From the NCBI RefSeq assembly GCF_006345805.1, contig NC_043005.1, forward strand, positions 22,568,001 through 22,632,000: a DNA stretch of 64,000 nt. The letters are read 5' to 3'. The stretch is from Octopus sinensis. Taxonomy: Eukaryota. The notes under the pieces are model-generated. The model did not search any database. It had not been told where the DNA came from and saw nothing but the letters and a program-made list of their open reading frames with translations. The translations under genes were made by a program, and so were the position numbers. Of this stretch, positions 1 through 12,519 are shown piece by piece. The first letter of the stretch is position 1. Every line of letters starts with the position of its first letter.

Positions 1-110
1 CCCCGAAAGGGTGAAAGGCAAAGTCGACCTCGGCAGAATTTGAACTCATAACGTAAAGGCACACAAAATAGTATTTTGTCTAGCGTGGTGACGATCTTTG
101 CTAACTTGCA
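1..110 (-). mobile_element. tRNA-derived SINE family 1, partial copy
   Basis: Reverse complement of the body seen in fuller copies (GAGTTCAAATTC B-box, GTCGACTTTGCCTTTCA); truncated by the window edge. Confidence 0.75.
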
Positions 111-1379
111 CCAAACAGGAGCCGCCCCAAGCAAATCCCGGGGTCAAATTGTTCGATTAATGGCGATGCTCCAGTATGGCTACAGTCAAATGACTGAAAC
201 AAATAATAGAATATTTCTGCATTTCTATATGTAAAACAATTACATGAAAAATATAGAGAACGTTCTTAAATTTGTTATGTTGTATGTATTCATCATTATT
301 ATAGAAATAGAAGATAATAAACTAATTAATTGGATAGATGGCTAAATGTCGATATTAAAATACATATCGTTTCAAAGTATTACATAAGAATACGCAGGAA
401 GTTAGTGCTCATCTCGTGGAACAAAGATTCTGGCGTAAAATTTAAATCGTCACTTTATATAACCCTAAGCACAACATTCCAGAAACTTCGAATTGCAAAT
501 GGACGAAATTTTCATAATCCGTTGATGTTTGCCGCCGTTAGTCGATACATGCCAACAATGCTGATTGACCGGTAAACGTTCACATGGGGATTCTATTCTC
601 TCAAGGGTTTGGTTGTGCCTTTTATGGCTATATGTGTAAACTGTAGTATTTTGGTAGAAATCCAAGCAAGGTGGTTCGAATCTGGCTAGAACATAGCATT
701 AAGTGCATGAACATTATAGAGAACAAAGCACAAGACAGAAAATTAAAAGAAACATAAATGAGAAAGAGTGTATATCTACATTAAGTATAGTGCTGGCAAG
801 TTTTGGGAAGATGAAAGTTTTGAAAGTGTGCTGACAAATAACAACTGCCACGGATGTTAATGCTATGCTTCAACAATTCTGAATGTGAAAAAAATCTTTC
901 CGAACATCATAGATGCTGCGCTGTTTTATATTAAATAAGGATGTCCATGGGTAATAAAGATATTCAATTCAAAAAGGTGGCCAGAGTTGTTGGAAAAGTG
1001 GTGGATAATCTTGCGTATCTTGCGTATCTTGAGCATCTCTGTCTATTGTCATTACTGGGAAAAACATAATTAATCAGGTGTAATGCAGGCGACTAAGAGT
1101 CGGTGATCGTGTTTATAGTCTTAACTTTAACCCTTCTCAAATATAACAATATTGGTTTCAAGATATGATTTCAGACTCAGAATTCTTTCAAGACATTGAA
1201 AATCCAAATACTCATATCTTCTTTCTTCATAGATATCTATTTATGTTTTTATAGAAAAGTTTACGTATAATTCCGATTGTATTACTTAAAAATTAATGAC
1301 ACACATATTTCAAAACTTATGTCTCTAGTTTAATCGGCCCAGAGTTATAGTAGAAAACATTTGCTTAAGGTGTTCTTTC

Positions 1380-1416
1380 TCTTTCTCCTCTCTATCTCTG
1401 TTTCTGTCTTTGTCTG

Positions 1417-1454
<38 letters not shown>

Positions 1455-1641
1455 TCTTTAATCTCACCTGAAAAACTGAAAGCGTAGATTAATTGTGTCT
1501 GTATCAAAAGTAGCTCATTTGCTATTTTTCTCTTTCTCCCTGCTCTCTGTCTCTGTCTGCCTCTCTCTCTCTCTCTGTTTCTCTCTGTCTCTGTCTGACT
1601 GTCTTTCTCTCTCTTTCTCCTTCCTCTCTCTCTCTCTTTCT

Positions 1642-1700
<59 letters not shown>
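1380..1700. repeat. (CT)n / CT-rich microsatellite tract
   Basis: Long pure and interrupted CT dinucleotide runs; these explain the RE-repeat ORFs. Confidence 0.95.
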
Positions 1701-1703
<3 letters not shown>

Positions 1704-2235
1704 CTTTAATCTCACCATCAGAACCTCATCCCATTGCTAAAACTGTATTTTTAACTCTGCTCTATATCATCACTACCTTCAACATTTTTAACCACGTAAT
1801 AAATATTACATTCACCCTACCTCATGACATGAACGCTTATCTCACCATCTTTTCTCTCTCCCTCTTTTCTTTCTTTCTCTTTCTGCCTCACTCTTCACCT
1901 TATCCTCTTTTCTTCTCTTGCTCTTTTCTTTCTCCATTTTTTCTCTAATCACATAAAAGCGTTGCCGACGGGTTAAGTAACGTAATGACAAGCAAAATTA
2001 TTACAAGATGTTTTTGTATCTGCTTGTCAATCTGTAAACTAAAGTTCCATCATATGCTGTTCATATTGTCAATTCCCAAGACATGTGGTGAGGCATATCC
2101 TTATCTCATACCTATTTCTTTATGGTGTTAGTGCTGATAACACAATCATCTACAACATCATCTAATATAAGGGACGATCAAGAACAGTGCCCAAGAGGCA
2201 TTTTGCGCAGTAAATATAAATATTTTAATACTTAC

Positions 2236-2310
2236 CCAACATATATACTTGTGTAGAAAATGCTGTTTATTGTACTGGATTCTTGTAAAGTTTGCTCCGT
2301 TTTATCGCCA
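2236..2310 (-). CDS. SLC18B1: SLC18B1-like MFS transporter, coding exon (last one found)
   Basis: 75 nt, ttttag acceptor and GTAAGT donor, phase 2-2. Reads (C)GDKTEQTLQESSTINSIFYTSIYV(G), matching the position of human HENGFEEGLSTLGLVSGLFSAMWSIG (recalled sequence). Phase joins the 10302 exon. Confidence 0.7.
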
Positions 2311-3399
2311 CTAAAAGTCAAACACAAATACAATTTGTCAAAGATGTAAACTGAACTGTAATGCAATGTCTGATAAATACCTTTTAAATACAATGTTGTC
2401 TTGAAATGACTAAAATTAGAGCCTACAATCGCTAATTTTCATCTCCTTGCTGCATCCCTACAAGAATATCTTACCACCTTAACCTTATAAATCTGTAGTT
2501 TCATTTGTTCCAGCTAGTTATGTCCAAAGTTCAAATATCATGGCTTACACAGATGGCTGACTTAACCTTTCACCCAGTTTAACACCACAGCGTGGTACCT
2601 TGAGTTTCCTTTAGCGAGTTTAGCATAGTTCACTCAGTTTCAAGCAGGAGGAACAGATTTCCAGTTCCTCCTTCTCATAAGTCTCTCAGAGGCCCTGTAA
2701 TGAGTCATGGGAAAAGCCTTCCCTCTTGACTAAAAAATAAAAAAGAAAGGAACTGTATTTCTACGATTGTCGACAGCCTATTCTAATTAACTTCAATTTT
2801 CGTTTTCCTTTGACCCATTCTTTTGTTTCCAGAATAAAACATGGTATTCTGCAGATCATCTTACTGGACATAGCTCCTCCTGATCAGGATGCCAGTCTCT
2901 AATAGGTTTTGCATTATATGCCAAGCTGAGAGATGTAGATTGCCTCGACAGAATGATATTGGATTACCTGCCAAGAGGTCATAGATTAGTATTTGCTTAC
3001 TAGAGGTGTTGACACTAGTCAATACACTTATTTCTAGTTCAGTTGGGTAAACAGCTATCACTGTTTAGTTCATCATTCTCCAGTGCTGGCTGTGAAAGTA
3101 CAGCAGTATAGTTTGTGTATAGCTATACGCAAAAATATTAACGGAGACCCAGATTTATTCAGTTAAGTACATGAGAGCAGAAGTATATTCAGTTGGTAGC
3201 GATAGCCGCCAGTCAACTCCTGCTTAGTAGAACATCCGCTTAACCGGAAGTCAAATTCACCGCAGACCATCTCCCTAGCTTGTCCTCAGCGAAGTTCCTG
3301 TCTACAGTCCATCTGCCATAAATTCTTGGGCCTACATATAGCTCTCCGCCCTCCATATAGCTCTGTCGTTGGAACCGGGAAGGCGTTTTAACTGCCCTG

Positions 3400-6030
3400 C
3401 CTATGCTTGTGGTTACACGGCTCTTTGGTGATTGTTCCTTGTCGAGGGTTGGTGTGATTTGCTTGGGGCGGCTCCTGTTTGGTGGTCGAGCTACTTGGAC
3501 GGAGCTATCATTATCAAGATGGGCCGTCTTCAACATTTCGATCGAAGCTGCGCCTTGTTGTCCGCCAACTAAGATTTGGAATGATCTGTCTCCTGAACAT
3601 ATGATTTTCAATGGGTCATCGTAAGGTGACTGGAGAGGTTTTCACGTCGAACGAACACGAAGTTATCTGTGCAGAGGTCGTTTGATACGGATGATCTAGG
3701 TGCAACATGAGAATAGGGCGCAACTGGCCCACACTCTCTCTGTTGCGCGAGGTATCTTTTGACATCCGGGTCTGATTTCAGGTTCGGAAGGAACTCTCCT
3801 AACACTGTAAGAGGGGCACTATACACCATTTCCGCGGAAGAAGTGTTGAGATTTTCCTTTGGGGCGGTGCGATTTCCCAGCATCACCCATGGAAGTTGAT
3901 CAAGCCAAATGGACCCGTTAAGTCTGGTTGTCAGGGATTCCTTCAGGCGGCAATGAAATCTCTCCACTAACCCGTTGGCCTGTGGATGGTAGGCTGTTAT
4001 ACGCTTCATTGTGATTCCAAAAAGATCGCACATGTCATTCAACAGCTTTGGGGTGAATTGTGGACCCCGATCGGATAAAATGCTGTCTGGGACACCGAAA
4101 GGGGCAACTCAGTTTGTGATGAAGGCTCGGCTGACTTCTTGTGTTTCCATGTTGCGGCCGACAAGGTCAATGCTAACGTAGCTAAATCGGGTCTTTGGTG
4201 ATTCATAGTTACCGAGAGGTGCTTTAGTGTGCTAATGAACATTGGCTTATCGACAGTGGATGCAGGTCTTGGTCCACTCCCCAGTTTGTTTGGCCATACC
4301 GTGCCAGATAAATTTGCTCGACAGCAGGTGCCGTGTGGCTCTATTACCCGGATGGTACAGTCCATGAATGACGTCGAAAACTTTCTTGCGCCAGGCTGAT
4401 GGGACGATCAATCGTAGCTTCCCAGTGGTTACATGACACAGCAGGATTATGCCACTGGAGCCAAATGCACATCCTGCAAGGAAAGTGACGCGATAGCAGT
4501 GCGGTAGGTCCTACTATCGTCATCTGTCGGGTTGCAACGTGAACACTGCAAACCTACGGTCTTCAAGAAAATAGCAAAAGTGGCAGACACCTAGATAGAC
4601 AGCCAGCAGGTCGTAGTTGTTGACTGAAGAAGGCAAGTGGTCGCCACTGACCAAAATGCCCCCAGTGGATGTGTCGGAGGTATTGACTGTGAGTGTAGTC
4701 AAACATGACATATGTGGATGGGACAGCATGATTGCTTTAGCCAGAGCTTGTTTAGTGAATTTGAAGGCTGGGGTCATTGCACCATCCCACTCCACCTATC
4801 TTTTCGAACCATCTTTTGACAGTGCCTTGTATAGGATCTCATTCCTCTTGCTGCAGAAGGGATGAGGCATGGTAAAAGTTTACCATGGCCAGAAATTGGT
4901 GTACAGCTTTGCTTGTGGAGGAGCGTGAAATGGATATGATAGCTTTCCTTTTTCTGGCAAGGACGTAGAACCAGCGCCTGTGATTCAGTGTTCCAGGAAG
5001 TCAATTTCTGTAACACCAAAAACTCACTTGGCGGGGTTGATTACTAGACCATACTGTCAAAGTCTATCAAAAACAGTAACTCGGCGCTTCTTGTGTAGCT
5101 TCGCATTTTGGCTTGCGATAAGGATATCATCTAAATATGCAAAGTCAAAGTCAAGACCCTGCACGTGGTGTCCATAAAGCGTTGGAAGGATTGTACCACG
5201 TTTTTCAGAGCAAAGGGTGTACGTAGAAAATCATACTGCCCGTAACGAGTGGTTACTGCGACTTACGGTACATCATCGTCTTGTACTGGTAACCACGGAA
5301 TAAATCGGCCTTCGAGAAAACCGAGCACCTGGCTAACTGGGCTGAGAAGTCCTGTACGTGCTAAAAAGGATTTGCATTGAGATACCAGTAATCTCCGCAA
5401 GGTTGCAAACCTCGATTGGGTTTTGGTGCCACATGAAGGGGTGACGACCAGGGACTGCTTGATCGACGAACTATGCCCAACGCCTCTATATTACCAAACT
5501 CAGCCTTTGCAATAGCAATTCGTCTAGTGGTAGAGGACGTTCATGGCTGTATACTGGAGGGCCAGTGATGGGGATGTGGTGTGTTACTCCATAGCAGGTT
5601 GTAAGTTTGGAGAATGTCGGCGTGGGGCGACTCGAAAGGAGACTCGAGAATTCATTCTAGGTCTGAGAGACCGTTGCTATGCGGGAGGCAGCATGTGCAG
5701 ATGTTGCCAGAGACACGGAGGCATATGTGTTGTTGTTGATGAGTCGTCTCCCCTGCAAATCAACCAGTTGCAAGTATGCTCGAAGAAAGTCTGCCCCGAT
5801 AATGGGCTGATGGACATCGGCGATGGTGAATGCCCATGTGTATTTTGTGAGTCGATGTTGAGAGAATTGATGCGGCAACCGAACGCCTCGATTGTGGGGC
5901 CACTGACGGCCGTTAAAGGTTGACTGTTGCTTTCAGTAACGGAGGTCTCTTGCCGACGAAGGGATCAAGCTGACTTCTGCTCCTGTGTCGATTAAGAACC
6001 TACGTCCGAAGGTCCGATCTCAGACATAGA
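3400..6030 (-). pseudogene. Gypsy pol (PR-RT-RH-IN), disrupted
   Basis: DTGA near 5980, YLDD near 5130, HHCC near 4260-4380, integrase core ORF 3608-4042. Confidence 0.9.
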
Positions 6031-6444
6031 GGAGCAGGTGATCATGTCTGCCGGCCACCAGGGTATTCAGTGGCGGTCGGCCCTGGATTTTCCTGGGGCC
6101 GATGGCCAAGGAGTCCTGAAGCAACATGGTTGTTTGCATTTCGTAGACTTTTTGCCGAACTTTGTGTGGTGGAAGCACAGGTCGTCTTGTTTAACTCTAC
6201 CATGTCTCAGGACAGACCCAATTGCGTTGACTATAACACTACTAGATAAAAAAATGTTTGTTGGCTGCTTTCACAAACTGCCGCAAGTCCTTGATCTCGG
6301 TCTGAGTTATGAGGGTCTGGATCTAGAGTGGTAACTTGCCTAGGAATATTTCCCAAAATAAAAAGGAAAGTGATTCATCAGGGGGAACTAATGCCAACAT
6401 CATGTCTATCAACTCCGAAGGTATGGAATCGCCTAATTCTTCCT

Positions 6445-6789
6445 TTAGTATCTTGATGCCGCTTCCCGTTCGCTCCAACGGAATGTATCCATCAGGCTGT
6501 CTTTTAACGTAGTGTATTTGTGCGTTGCTGGGGGTTGTGTTAAAATGTCCAGCACCTTCGTGGCCGTGTCTTCACCTAGTGCCGCTACTACACACGAATA
6601 TTTTGTTAGGTTTGGAGTTTTATTGCGTACGTTAAGTTGCACTTCAGCCTGCACAAACCATAGCTCAGATCTCTTCAACCAGAACTGTGGTAGCTTCAGT
6701 ACAGTTGTGTGATCTCTTGCTATGTTTCTTTGATTTTCTATTGACTTCGATGTGCGAAGCAAAAGCTGTTGTTCTTTCGAGGGGGTCAC
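6445..6789 (-). pseudogene. Gypsy gag N-terminal region
   Basis: ORF with LKLPQFWLKRSELWFVQAEVQL motif typical of Ty3/Gypsy gag, immediately after the PBS. Confidence 0.8.
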
Positions 6790-7251
6790 CAGTTATAGCT
6801 TTATTTAAGCTATACACAAAAAAAATTAGATAAGACCCACAATGTAATAAGGAAAGATTTATTGAGTTAAATACATGAGGAGAGCGATAGCCGCCAGTCA
6901 ACTCCTGCTTAGTAGAAAGCCTGCATAACCGGAAGTCAACTTCGCCAGCTAGCCCGCAGCGAAGTTCCTGTCTACATTTCATCTTTCATAGATCTTTGGG
7001 CAGTACCCTACATCAGAATTGATAAAATATTTGTTGATTTGTGATTCTGTGATCGGTTCCTAGCATGGCACAATATTAGCTATAAATCAGTATTCTATCT
7101 GGGAGGACATTTATCACTTATCTGTTTTACACTTTTGAAACACGGGTTAAGTATCTGCCCAATGGATGCTAGTAATTCGGGAAAGTTTTGGTTCTCCAAC
7201 TGTAAAAAGCTCTTATGAACATACCTCTTTCATTGAAATACCCTATACTAA

Positions 7252-7829
7252 CATAGGTATGTGATAAATATATTTATTTTCATTTTTATTTATCTATCTC
7301 TATTTCTTATGTGTATCATAGGTATGTGCAAATATGTCTATTGTGTGTGTGTTACCCCGTTTGTATCTGTTTTATTTTTGCTTATTTATTTTTCCCTCTC
7401 ATTTCTCCTTCCTTCTGTCTTTAGTCGTCATGTGTGGTGTTGTGGTGGATGTTATTTTTCTATTCGTGTCTTCTGTTGAGGCTCTTTCTGTCTATTGTTA
7501 TGTGAGTAGCCTCTGTGATCTGTCTAAGTGTCGTGTCAGTTCTATGCATCGATAATTCCTTAACCTCTATGCTATTAATCGAACCTCTATGTTCTGCTCG
7601 AGCATGTTGGTAGAGCACGGACACCCACCACTATACCACACAATATAACGACTAAAGACAGAAGGAAGGAAAAGAGAGAGAGAAAAATAAATTAATAAAA
7701 AATAAAACAGATTCAAACAACATAATAAACACACAGCAGACATATATGCACATACCTATGATGCATATAAGAAATAGAGATAGATAAATAAAAATAGAAA
7801 TAAATAAATATATTTATCACATACCTGTG
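7252..7829. repeat. Imperfect fold-back (arms ~7252-7452 and ~7621-7829)
   Basis: CATAGGTATGTGATAAATATATTTAT... is the reverse complement of ...ATAAATATATTTATCACATACCTGTG; similarity continues inward with indels. Confidence 0.85.
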
Positions 7830-8334
7830 ATAAATATAAGAAACAGAGATAAATAAAAAAAATCTTTTTAAAGGTCATGGATACAAACTACATAGGAAAC
7901 GAACCCATATACACACAAACACACACAGTAACTTCACAGACGGCCATAGCAGTAACAGCAACACGACTAACAATGATAGTAGTTGTAGGGGTGACAACGG
8001 GGGAGAGGGGTTGAGGGGAAGGTCATTGTTCCACTAAGAACAATGACACACTTGTATACACATACGCACTTGCACATACACATGCACACACACATACACA
8101 CACATACACACACATACACAAACACAGAAGCAACCGCATGTGCATATAAAGATACACATCATAGAACAAGAGACTGAAATAAGTAGAGCAAGAGCACACA
8201 CGAAAACGGAAAGTGTCGCTGAAGTGGTCACAGATGTATGACGAAAGATTTCCGGACAATGGAAAAAGAACAGCAATAAACGAGTGAAGGACGAATATAG
8301 TGCATGTGTTTATTTTGCAAAACAAAAATTACCA

Positions 8335-8500
8335 AGGCGCAGGAGTGGCTGTGTGATAAGTAGCTTGCTTACCAGCCACATGGTTCCGGGTTCAGTCCCA
8401 CTACGTAGCACTTTGGGCAAGTGTCTTCTACTATAGCCTCGGGCCAACCAAAGCCTTATGAGTGGATTTGGCAGACGGAAACTGAAAGAAGCCCGTCGTA

Positions 8501-8575
<75 letters not shown>

Positions 8576-8781
8576 ATATGTTTGTGTGTCTGTGTTTGTC
8601 CCCTCAACATCGCTTGACAACCGATGCTTGTGTGTTTACGTTCCCGTAACTTAGCGGTTCGGCAAAAGAGACCGATAGAATAAGTACTAGGCTTACAAGA
8701 ATAAGTCTTGGGGGTGACTTGCTCGACTAAAGGCGATGCTCCTGGATGGCCACAGTCAAATGACTGAAACAAGTAAAAGAG
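8335..8781 (+). mobile_element. tRNA-derived SINE family 2 with internal (TA)n
   Basis: Head AGGCGCAGGAGTGGCTGTGTG..GGTTCAGTCCC (A/B-box-like), internal (TA)n/(TG)n, tail ATGACTGAAACAAGTAAAAGAG; homologous copies at 10876-11279, 33541-33940 and 60232-60720. Confidence 0.9.
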
Positions 8782-8804
8782 TGTTCCAAAATACAATATA
8801 TCCA

Positions 8805-8855
<51 letters not shown>

Positions 8856-8860
8856 ATATA

Positions 8861-8913
<53 letters not shown>

Positions 8914-9380
8914 TTCAACTACGGCTTAAGACCGCAATTTATTCACACGCACCATCTTTCAGAGCTTTGTCGCTAATTCAGTTCTAAACCAAATTAAAAA
9001 CTGTTAACATTTTTGAAGAGGACTGGTCCCTGTATGTAACACCTCTAATCAAGTTTAGATCTAAATAACTTTTTTTATTTTAAAAGCAAAATACATTTAT
9101 CTTAGCTTGAATGATAGAAGAAAGCATGTGGAATGTTATAGTTTTGATCCCATGCAACAAAAATTAGTATAAAAAAGTTGTGAGGTAAAATATCATGAAA
9201 AAATATAAGTAAAAAGAAAATGAATTTAAGTATAATTAAAATTTTATTTCAAAAAATAAACTAATTCTAATTAAACTTAAATGATAGACACTTTTCAATA
9301 AGGTAAAATCTTATATTATTAGTTGACACATTATTAATTAGCATAATAGCATAGACTGGGAAAAACATGGATTACATGGA

Positions 9381-10088
9381 GCAAGAGAAATAATATTCTT
9401 AAGATTATAAAACTGGAAAAGTACAGGACAAGTTATTACACTCGGAAAATGTTGCAGCTGATAATAAAATTTCAAATAAAATATTTAGATTTAGAAAATA
9501 TTAGCTTTTATTAAAACTAAAAATTTTATTACAAGTCACTACCTCTATTTGTAATTACTTGCTACTTCTATTAAAAATTAAAAAAATAACTTAAAATATT
9601 TTTTGCACTTATTAATTAATAATTAGAAACTTGAAAATAGGCCATAAAATATAGTAGTACATAATTAGCGCAATAAATAGAATAATACAAAAATTGGTTA
9701 TATATTACAGTAAAATCTACCTATAACAATAAAATTTGCTTGAGTTGTTGCCTAAGTTATTACCACGTCTTCCCATGTTTAGTCTTGACTCAATGAATTT
9801 GTCTACCATATATACTATTCTACTTTGCATAAAACTTTAGCTATAATTGTACTTTTGGCTCTTATCTTTTAAGTATTCAAGTGTGTCAATATTTTAACAA
9901 AATGATGATACCTTTTTTAATTATAATGTTACTTTGTAAATGAAAATTAAATAGTCTTTAGTATACAAATTTTATCCTTAGCTGCAATATTTTAAGTAAA
10001 AGTTTTCTTGTTATGTACTTTACCAGATGTAATATCTTGTCCTGTACTTTTCCAGTTTTATAATCTTAAGAATATTATTTTGCTTGCT
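9381..10088. repeat. Dispersed inverted repeat pair (~9381-9470 vs ~9968-10088)
   Basis: AATAATATTCTTAAGATTATAAAACTGGAAAAGTACAGGACAAG is the reverse complement of CTTGTCCTGTACTTTTCCAGTTTTATAATCTTAAGAATATTATT. Confidence 0.8.
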
Positions 10089-10173
10089 TGTATTTCTTCC
10101 ATGTGTGTGTATAAATATATATGTGTGTGTGTGTATGTGTGTGTATAAATATATATATGTGTGCGTGTATATA

Positions 10174-10237
<64 letters not shown>

Positions 10238-10301
10238 TGACAAGGAGAAAGAAAAGGAAAGAAAAAGAAAGAAGCAAGAGGAGGGAGATAATTTTACTTA
10301 C

Positions 10302-10397
10302 CAAACATACTCACAAAGCAACTTATATATTATCACGGATGACAGATTATAGAAATACCCAAATAGTATAATACCAACGATATCCAACCAAATATAT
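10302..10397 (-). CDS. SLC18B1: SLC18B1-like exon
   Basis: 96 nt, ttgcag / GTAAGT, phase 2-2. Reads (K)YIWLDIVGIILFGYFYNLSSVIIYKLLCEYV(C), a TM segment equivalent to human SQLWLLVLILVVSGLSAGMSIIPTFPEILSCA. Confidence 0.75.
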
Positions 10398-10469
10398 CTG
10401 CAATGAAGCAAAAAGGGGGATGTTAACACAGACTAGAACATGTGTGTGTTGTGTGCGCGCGCATATATA

Positions 10470-10830
10470 TACTACTTCTCTATCTGCCCGTATATAATCG
10501 TCTTTATTCCAAAATCATATGGAATATTTCTGTAGAGGCTTACTACATCAAAACGAAGTAAAAATGAATTCGTTTCTGAGGTTTGGGAAAGATAGGACAG
10601 GAAGTCGATGTAGAGGAAAGCTATAGCACTGCATTTAGAAAGTATATTGAAAAGGCATGAAAGAGATAACATGACGACTGCTTTTAATCTGGACAGAATC
10701 TCTAAGTACTCTGGAAAAGATCAATATCTTCCTGAACAACCTTCCTCCTCGTTTCTTTCTCACTCACGCATCTATTGATATTTCAATATTTTTCTCCCTA
10801 TAAACAAAATTTATGGAAAGATGTCAAAGT
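10470..10830 (-). mobile_element. Penelope-like RT fragment
   Basis: ORF 10472-10672 contains LLRFDVVSLYRNIP, the Penelope RT motif-A context (DVxSLYxNIP). Confidence 0.7.
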
Positions 10831-10875
10831 AACACATGTGTAGTCCCAACCGAGTGAGACCATGTTATGCGTATA

Positions 10876-11279
10876 CTCTTTTTACTCTTTTACTTGTTTC
10901 AGTCATTTGACTGCGGCCATGCTGGCGCACCGCCTTTAGTCGAGCAAATCGACCCCGGGACTTATTCTTTCTAAGCCCAGTACTTATTCTATCGGTCTCT
11001 TTTGCTGAACCGCTAAGTGACGGGGACGTAAACACACCAGCATCGGTTGTCAAACAATGCTAGGGGGTCAAACACAGACACACAAACACACACATATATA
11101 TATATATACATATATACGACGGGATTCTTTCAGTTTCCGTCTACCAAATCCACTCACAAGGCTTTGGTTGGCCTGAGGCTATAGTAGAAGACACTTGCTC
11201 AAGATGCCACGCAGTGGGACTGAACCCGGAACCATGCGGTTGGTTAGCAAGCTACTACCACACAGCCACTCCTGCGCCT
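10876..11279 (-). mobile_element. SINE family 2 copy
   Basis: Reverse complement of the 8335 and 33541 copies, head to tail. Confidence 0.9.
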
Positions 11280-11299
11280 ATGTGTAAGAAAAAAATGCA

Positions 11300-12482
11300 T
11301 CTTTAGTGCTTATATTAATCTGTCAAATGTAATGCTTATTCACGTTATTTTGAATTATTCAGGTTCAAGAGGGGTGTCCACAATATTTGCTTGTAACAGT
11401 AAATTTTTTACATACAGATTTGAAATTTTTCCAGTGGGTGCTTTATATACCACTGGTTTATATTTATGTAATTTTAGCTGATATTACTACGTAAATTTGA
11501 CTTTCATGCGCAGGTAATTTTAATTAACAGGTGTAAAAGCAATAACATTGAAATTCTTAATGCATCTTACTTGTTTGATTTGTTTCTAAAATTATCTCAG
11601 ATGGCATCCGGCAAGAATTTTGCCACTTTTCACGATGAACTTAATTAAATATAGGTATAATCAGTACAAGATTTTATTCTTTCGGTAAACATTTCGTACC
11701 TATGTGTGGAATAATTTCTTTCCACAGTTTTTTCAGGTGCATTCAACGTATCTGACTTCCAAACATGTCGCAAGTCACTTTTTTCCGGAAAAGGTGGGAG
11801 GGGTGGCGAAGATCTCAAAGTTTCCCACCAAGTGAGTTTTGTTTCGCGGGTCTTTTTTATTTTTCAGGTTATTTTGCATGCTTTCAACGAATATGACATC
11901 GAAATCACGCGTAAACGGCTCCTTTTTCCAAGAAAGGAAAGGTTTGGCTGCAATTTCTAGCATGCCCTGCTACCACGTAACAGCTGTTTGCGTTCATACT
12001 AAAATATTTACCAAAGTTTTCCTTCCATTTATTTTTTCCACTTTATGGAATCAATATTTTTTCTGTTGACATCCACCTCAGCGAGGTCCTGGATCAAGTG
12101 GAAGCACATCAATCACTCTTCCCTCATGACAGGACAAAGAAACTTTCCGCTCTCTTTGCAAGCAACAAGCGGGTGGATTTGGTTTCAAAGCAAGGCAGGG
12201 CCAAACGAGTTATTTATAATAATAAGTGGCATTATATTGGGGTTGAAAGAATGACGCGTACAATATTAAATGTGCTATGAAAATCTGAAAATAATAGAAA
12301 CTTTTAAATGTTCACCGGTTTTTATAAAATTTTTGCGTTAACGGACTTAACAGAAGCTAAATGTAACGGAAGTTAATTAGTCCAATAACGATTTTCAAAG
12401 TTACCTTTAAATTTAAGTCGTTGACGAAAATGTTAACTTCGTTAATTAACGATTAACAGATTAACAGACTTACGCCCGGCTC
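11300..12482 (-). mobile_element. Possible hAT-like DNA transposon relic
   Basis: Minus-strand LATCLEVRY resembles hAT LATxLDPRY; repetitive GTTAA(C)G-rich end at 12330-12482. Weak support. Confidence 0.3.
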
Positions 12483-12519
12483 TATATATTCAGTACCGTT
12501 TTCTGTACCCATCCCTCCA

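Larger units (their letters stand above)
3107..7012 (-). mobile_element. Ty3/Gypsy LTR retrotransposon, degenerate, full-length layout
   Basis: LTRs at 6794-7012 and 3107-3346 (TGTAG...CTATA on minus). PBS TGGTGACCCC at 6791-6782; PPT GGAGGGCGGAGAG at ~3350-3355+. Domain order gag (LKLPQFW..WFVQAE), protease (RRFLIDTGAEVS), RT (AYLDDILIAS), RNase H, integrase (HGLYHP..CIHC; TAYHPQANGLVERFH). Many stops and frameshifts. Confidence 0.93.

Noticed and set aside
465-700. Minus-strand ORF and fragments (TLLGFL, TAANINGL) as the last SLC18B1-like exons
   Set aside because: No acceptor gives the required phase together with a convincing TM11-12 sequence; the remaining exons probably lie left of the window.
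7122-7199. LENQNFPE.. as the ENGFEE-equivalent exon
   Set aside because: Wrong phase and no GT donor; the 75-nt exon at 2310-2236 fits exactly.
8335-8410. SINE heads as tRNA genes
   Set aside because: A/B-box-like motifs only; no cloverleaf, and they continue into SINE bodies.
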